Notes under the pieces: generated by a model | Seen by the model: the letters and a program-made list of their open reading frames with translations, nothing else | Told to the model about the DNA's origin: nothing | Database searches by the model: none | Assembly (NCBI GenBank): GCA_048940445.1 | Contig: JBHLON010000004.1 | Span: 1 to 64,000 of the forward strand | DNA length: 64,000 nucleotides | Origin: Promethearchaeota archaeon | GTDB lineage: Archaea > Asgardarchaeota > Lokiarchaeia > Sigyniarchaeales > SOKP01 | Reading direction: 5' to 3' | Position numbers and translations under genes: made by a program | In this document: positions 61,639 through 64,000 of the stretch, in pieces | How the letters are laid out: every line of letters starts with the position of its first letter | Position numbering within the stretch: position 1 is the first letter of the stretch

Positions 61639-63069
61639 ATGGAAAAACATAATCTTATTTTTACTTTTAGCGGAATTCGGGGAATCGTTAAAAAGGATTT
61701 TAGTTACAAACTGGCTAAAAAAATAGGTGTAGCATTTGGATTATTCCTTCACGCAACTGATAAAAGAGTAATTATAGGTAGAGATTCTCGACCAAGCGGA
61801 GAAGAAATTGAGAAAGGTATTATTGAGGGATTAATATCAGTAGGATATAATATCATTAAGGTGGGTATTTGTCCCTCACCCGTAATTATCCATGCTAAGA
61901 AAAATCTAAGAGTTCCTGCGGGTATAATAATAACAGGATCTCATAATCCACAAGAATGGAATGGCCTAAAACTGCTATCGGGTCATTCTTTTTTAAGTAA
62001 TATAGAATTAGAACAAATAAGTAAAAATATAAATCAAAATGATTTAGTTGATCCAAAAATCAATTTTGAAAACCTACAAAATAATATCGTCGAATTAAAT
62101 CCTATTCCTGATTATATTACACAGTTGTATGAAAATATAGATTATAATAAAGTTAAGGATAATAATAATTTACGAGTAGTGGTTGATACTGGAGCAGGTG
62201 CAGGTAAATATGTCACTCCTCAGATTCTTGAAGGGCTAGGGTGTAAAGTGAAAATTATAAATAACGAGTTTCTGATTAACCAAGTTTTTCCAAGAGAGAT
62301 TGAACCTATAGCACAAAATCTCCGTGATTTAATAATGGAAGTATGGCAAGGAAAATATGACATTGGTTTTGCACACGACTCTGATGCCGATAGATTAGCA
62401 TTAATAGGAGACACTGGTATTTGTTATCCCGAAGATGTAGGATTAGCTATAATAGCAGATTATTATCTAAAAAATTTCAGTCTTCAATATGAGAAAGCGA
62501 TATTTGTTACTAACTTAGCATCCTCACTTATGTTTGAAGTTTTAGCCAAGAAGTATAATGTTCAAATAATAAGGACTCCAATAGGAGAAAAATTTCTAAT
62601 GGAAGAGATTAATAAAATAAGACAAAACAACGAAAATTGTTTAATTTTAGGAGGAGAGGGTTCTTGTGGAGGTATAATGTTGCCAAGTTTCAATAATACC
62701 CGAGACGGAATTTTTGCAGCAGCTAAAATTGTTGAGATTTTAGTTTTAACTCAGCAAAGAATATCAACATTAGTTTCTCAGCTTCCAAAATATTTTTCAT
62801 ATAGGAGAAGTATCGCAATTAAAAATGGTGATGTATCCAAAATAATTAATGGTATTAAAAACGAATTAAGTGATGAGGGCGAAAAAGTTATCAAGGTCAA
62901 TAATGATTTAAGATTTGGTGAAGGAATTGAGTGGTTTGTATTAATTCATCCCTCTAATACTGAACCTATAATTAGGGTTATTAGTGAAGCAAAGACTGAT
63001 TCTGCAGCCAGAATGTATTGTGAAGTTACAGCAGAATTAGTAAAATTAGTAATAGCAAGTTTAATCTAA
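61639..63069 (+). CDS. Phosphohexomutase (PMM/PGM or phosphoglucosamine mutase)
   Basis: GRDSRPS, TGSHNP, DSDADR, GEGS, PSNTEP. Confidence 0.93.
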   Translation: MEKHNLIFTFSGIRGIVKKDFSYKLAKKIGVAFGLFLHATDKRVIIGRDSRPSGEEIEKGIIEGLISVGYNIIKVGICPSPVIIHAKKNLRVPAGIIITGSHNPQEWNGLKLLSGHSFLSNIELEQISKNINQNDLVDPKINFENLQNNIVELNPIPDYITQLYENIDYNKVKDNNNLRVVVDTGAGAGKYVTPQILEGLGCKVKIINNEFLINQVFPREIEPIAQNLRDLIMEVWQGKYDIGFAHDSDADRLALIGDTGICYPEDVGLAIIADYYLKNFSLQYEKAIFVTNLASSLMFEVLAKKYNVQIIRTPIGEKFLMEEINKIRQNNENCLILGGEGSCGGIMLPSFNNTRDGIFAAAKIVEILVLTQQRISTLVSQLPKYFSYRRSIAIKNGDVSKIINGIKNELSDEGEKVIKVNNDLRFGEGIEWFVLIHPSNTEPIIRVISEAKTDSAARMYCEVTAELVKLVIASLI

Positions 63070-63196
63070 ATTTTTTATTAGAGATTTTCCTTCCCATTTA
63101 TTTCCCATTCTTTTTTAACACTGGAGTCAATATAACAGTAAATTTATAAATTATTATATAATAATTAAATATATTAAAATTTTAGTTGATTTTTCC

Positions 63197-63337
63197 ATGG
63201 TAATAAAAGTAAGAATAAGGATGTGGATTAAAGAGATACAAAATATAGTCCATAGTCCGCGTGTTTATTCGATTACAGCCATGATCACCAATTTATTAGG
63301 GTTTATAATCTCCATTCCTATTAAATTACGCTTTTAA
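63197..63337 (+). CDS. Possible 46-aa small membrane peptide
   Basis: Manual translation MVIKVRIRMWIKEIQNIVHSPRVYSITAMITNLLGFIISIPIKLRF fills an otherwise empty gap. Confidence 0.25.
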   Translation: MVIKVRIRMWIKEIQNIVHSPRVYSITAMITNLLGFIISIPIKLRF

Positions 63338-63526
63338 TATAATCAACAATCTTAGACTCTTACTCTTTTGATTTTTATCTTTCTCACTAACAAGTTTTCT
63401 TAGAATTCTCTACTAATTCTTTTTTTCGCAAATTCTCCTAGATTATGCCATTAAAATTTCAAAATCAATGAAATTTTTGATATTTTAAAGTCCAAATTAT
63501 AGTTATAAATAGTATTGGTGGAAAAA

Positions 63527-64000
63527 ATGTCAGTATTAAAAAGGCTGTTAAAAAAACAGCTCCAGTGGCCTCAAAAAGAGGAATTCAGGTTAAATCAATC
63601 TAATTTAGGTCAATGGAAGTTGAATATATGGAAGTCTTATTCATTTCATTTTTTTATGGGGTTTCACTTCATTTCAGGAGTACTATTGCCTTTTTTCATG
63701 ACTTGGGGAAAATTAACTTTCATAGAAGTTATGTTCCTTGAAAGTTATTTTACAATGATGATTTTGGTTTTTGAGATACCCTGTGGTGCTATAGCAGATT
63801 ATTTGAGTAGAAAACTTTCTTTGACAATGGGAGCAATTTTTTCAGCCTTGGCAGCATTAATTTATGGATGTTATCCACACATAGTTATTTTTGGCGTTGG
63901 TGAAACTTTATGGGCTTTAGGAGCTGCTTTAATGTCAGGTTCTGATCAAGCTTTTATCTATGATACTCTAAAAAAATTAGGGCAGGAAAATAAAATATCA
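63527..64000 (+). CDS. MFS transporter (5' part; runs off window edge)
   Basis: Not in the ORF track. Manual translation gives ...FEIPCGAIADYLSRK...SGSDQAFIYDTLK, MFS motif A-like. Confidence 0.85.
   Translation, partial: MSVLKRLLKKQLQWPQKEEFRLNQSNLGQWKLNIWKSYSFHFFMGFHFISGVLLPFFMTWGKLTFIEVMFLESYFTMMILVFEIPCGAIADYLSRKLSLTMGAIFSALAALIYGCYPHIVIFGVGETLWALGAALMSGSDQAFIYDTLKKLGQENKIS

Overview
AT-rich, gene-dense archaeal chromosomal DNA, very probably from a Lokiarchaeia-type Asgard archaeon. The evidence is a Loki-type profilin, four Rab-like small GTPases, several longin-like proteins, two V4R proteins, archaeal TBP, Cdc48, deoxyhypusine synthase, PSTK, a Tes-type tetraether synthase and GGTGA/GAGG Shine-Dalgarno motifs. 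Most of the ~60 CDSs are housekeeping, metabolic or transport genes. I saw no rRNA, tRNA, CRISPR array or transposase. Best leads: (1) a protein of ~10 tandem 35-aa modules with nebulin-like spacing and a 315-bp super-repeat (47999-49258); (2) an unannotated ~120-nt structured RNA on the minus strand (45930-46056); (3) two separate GTPase + V4R gene pairs, one with a thioredoxin between them, in a window rich in longin/uDENN proteins; (4) four genes whose best start appears to be ATT; (5) Met-rich STI1-like insertions in two ABC ATPases of one PadR-led cluster; (6) a small repeat-rich island around an RHH gene with a 9-bp TGATCA tandem array. All assignments come from reading motifs by eye; no searches were run.
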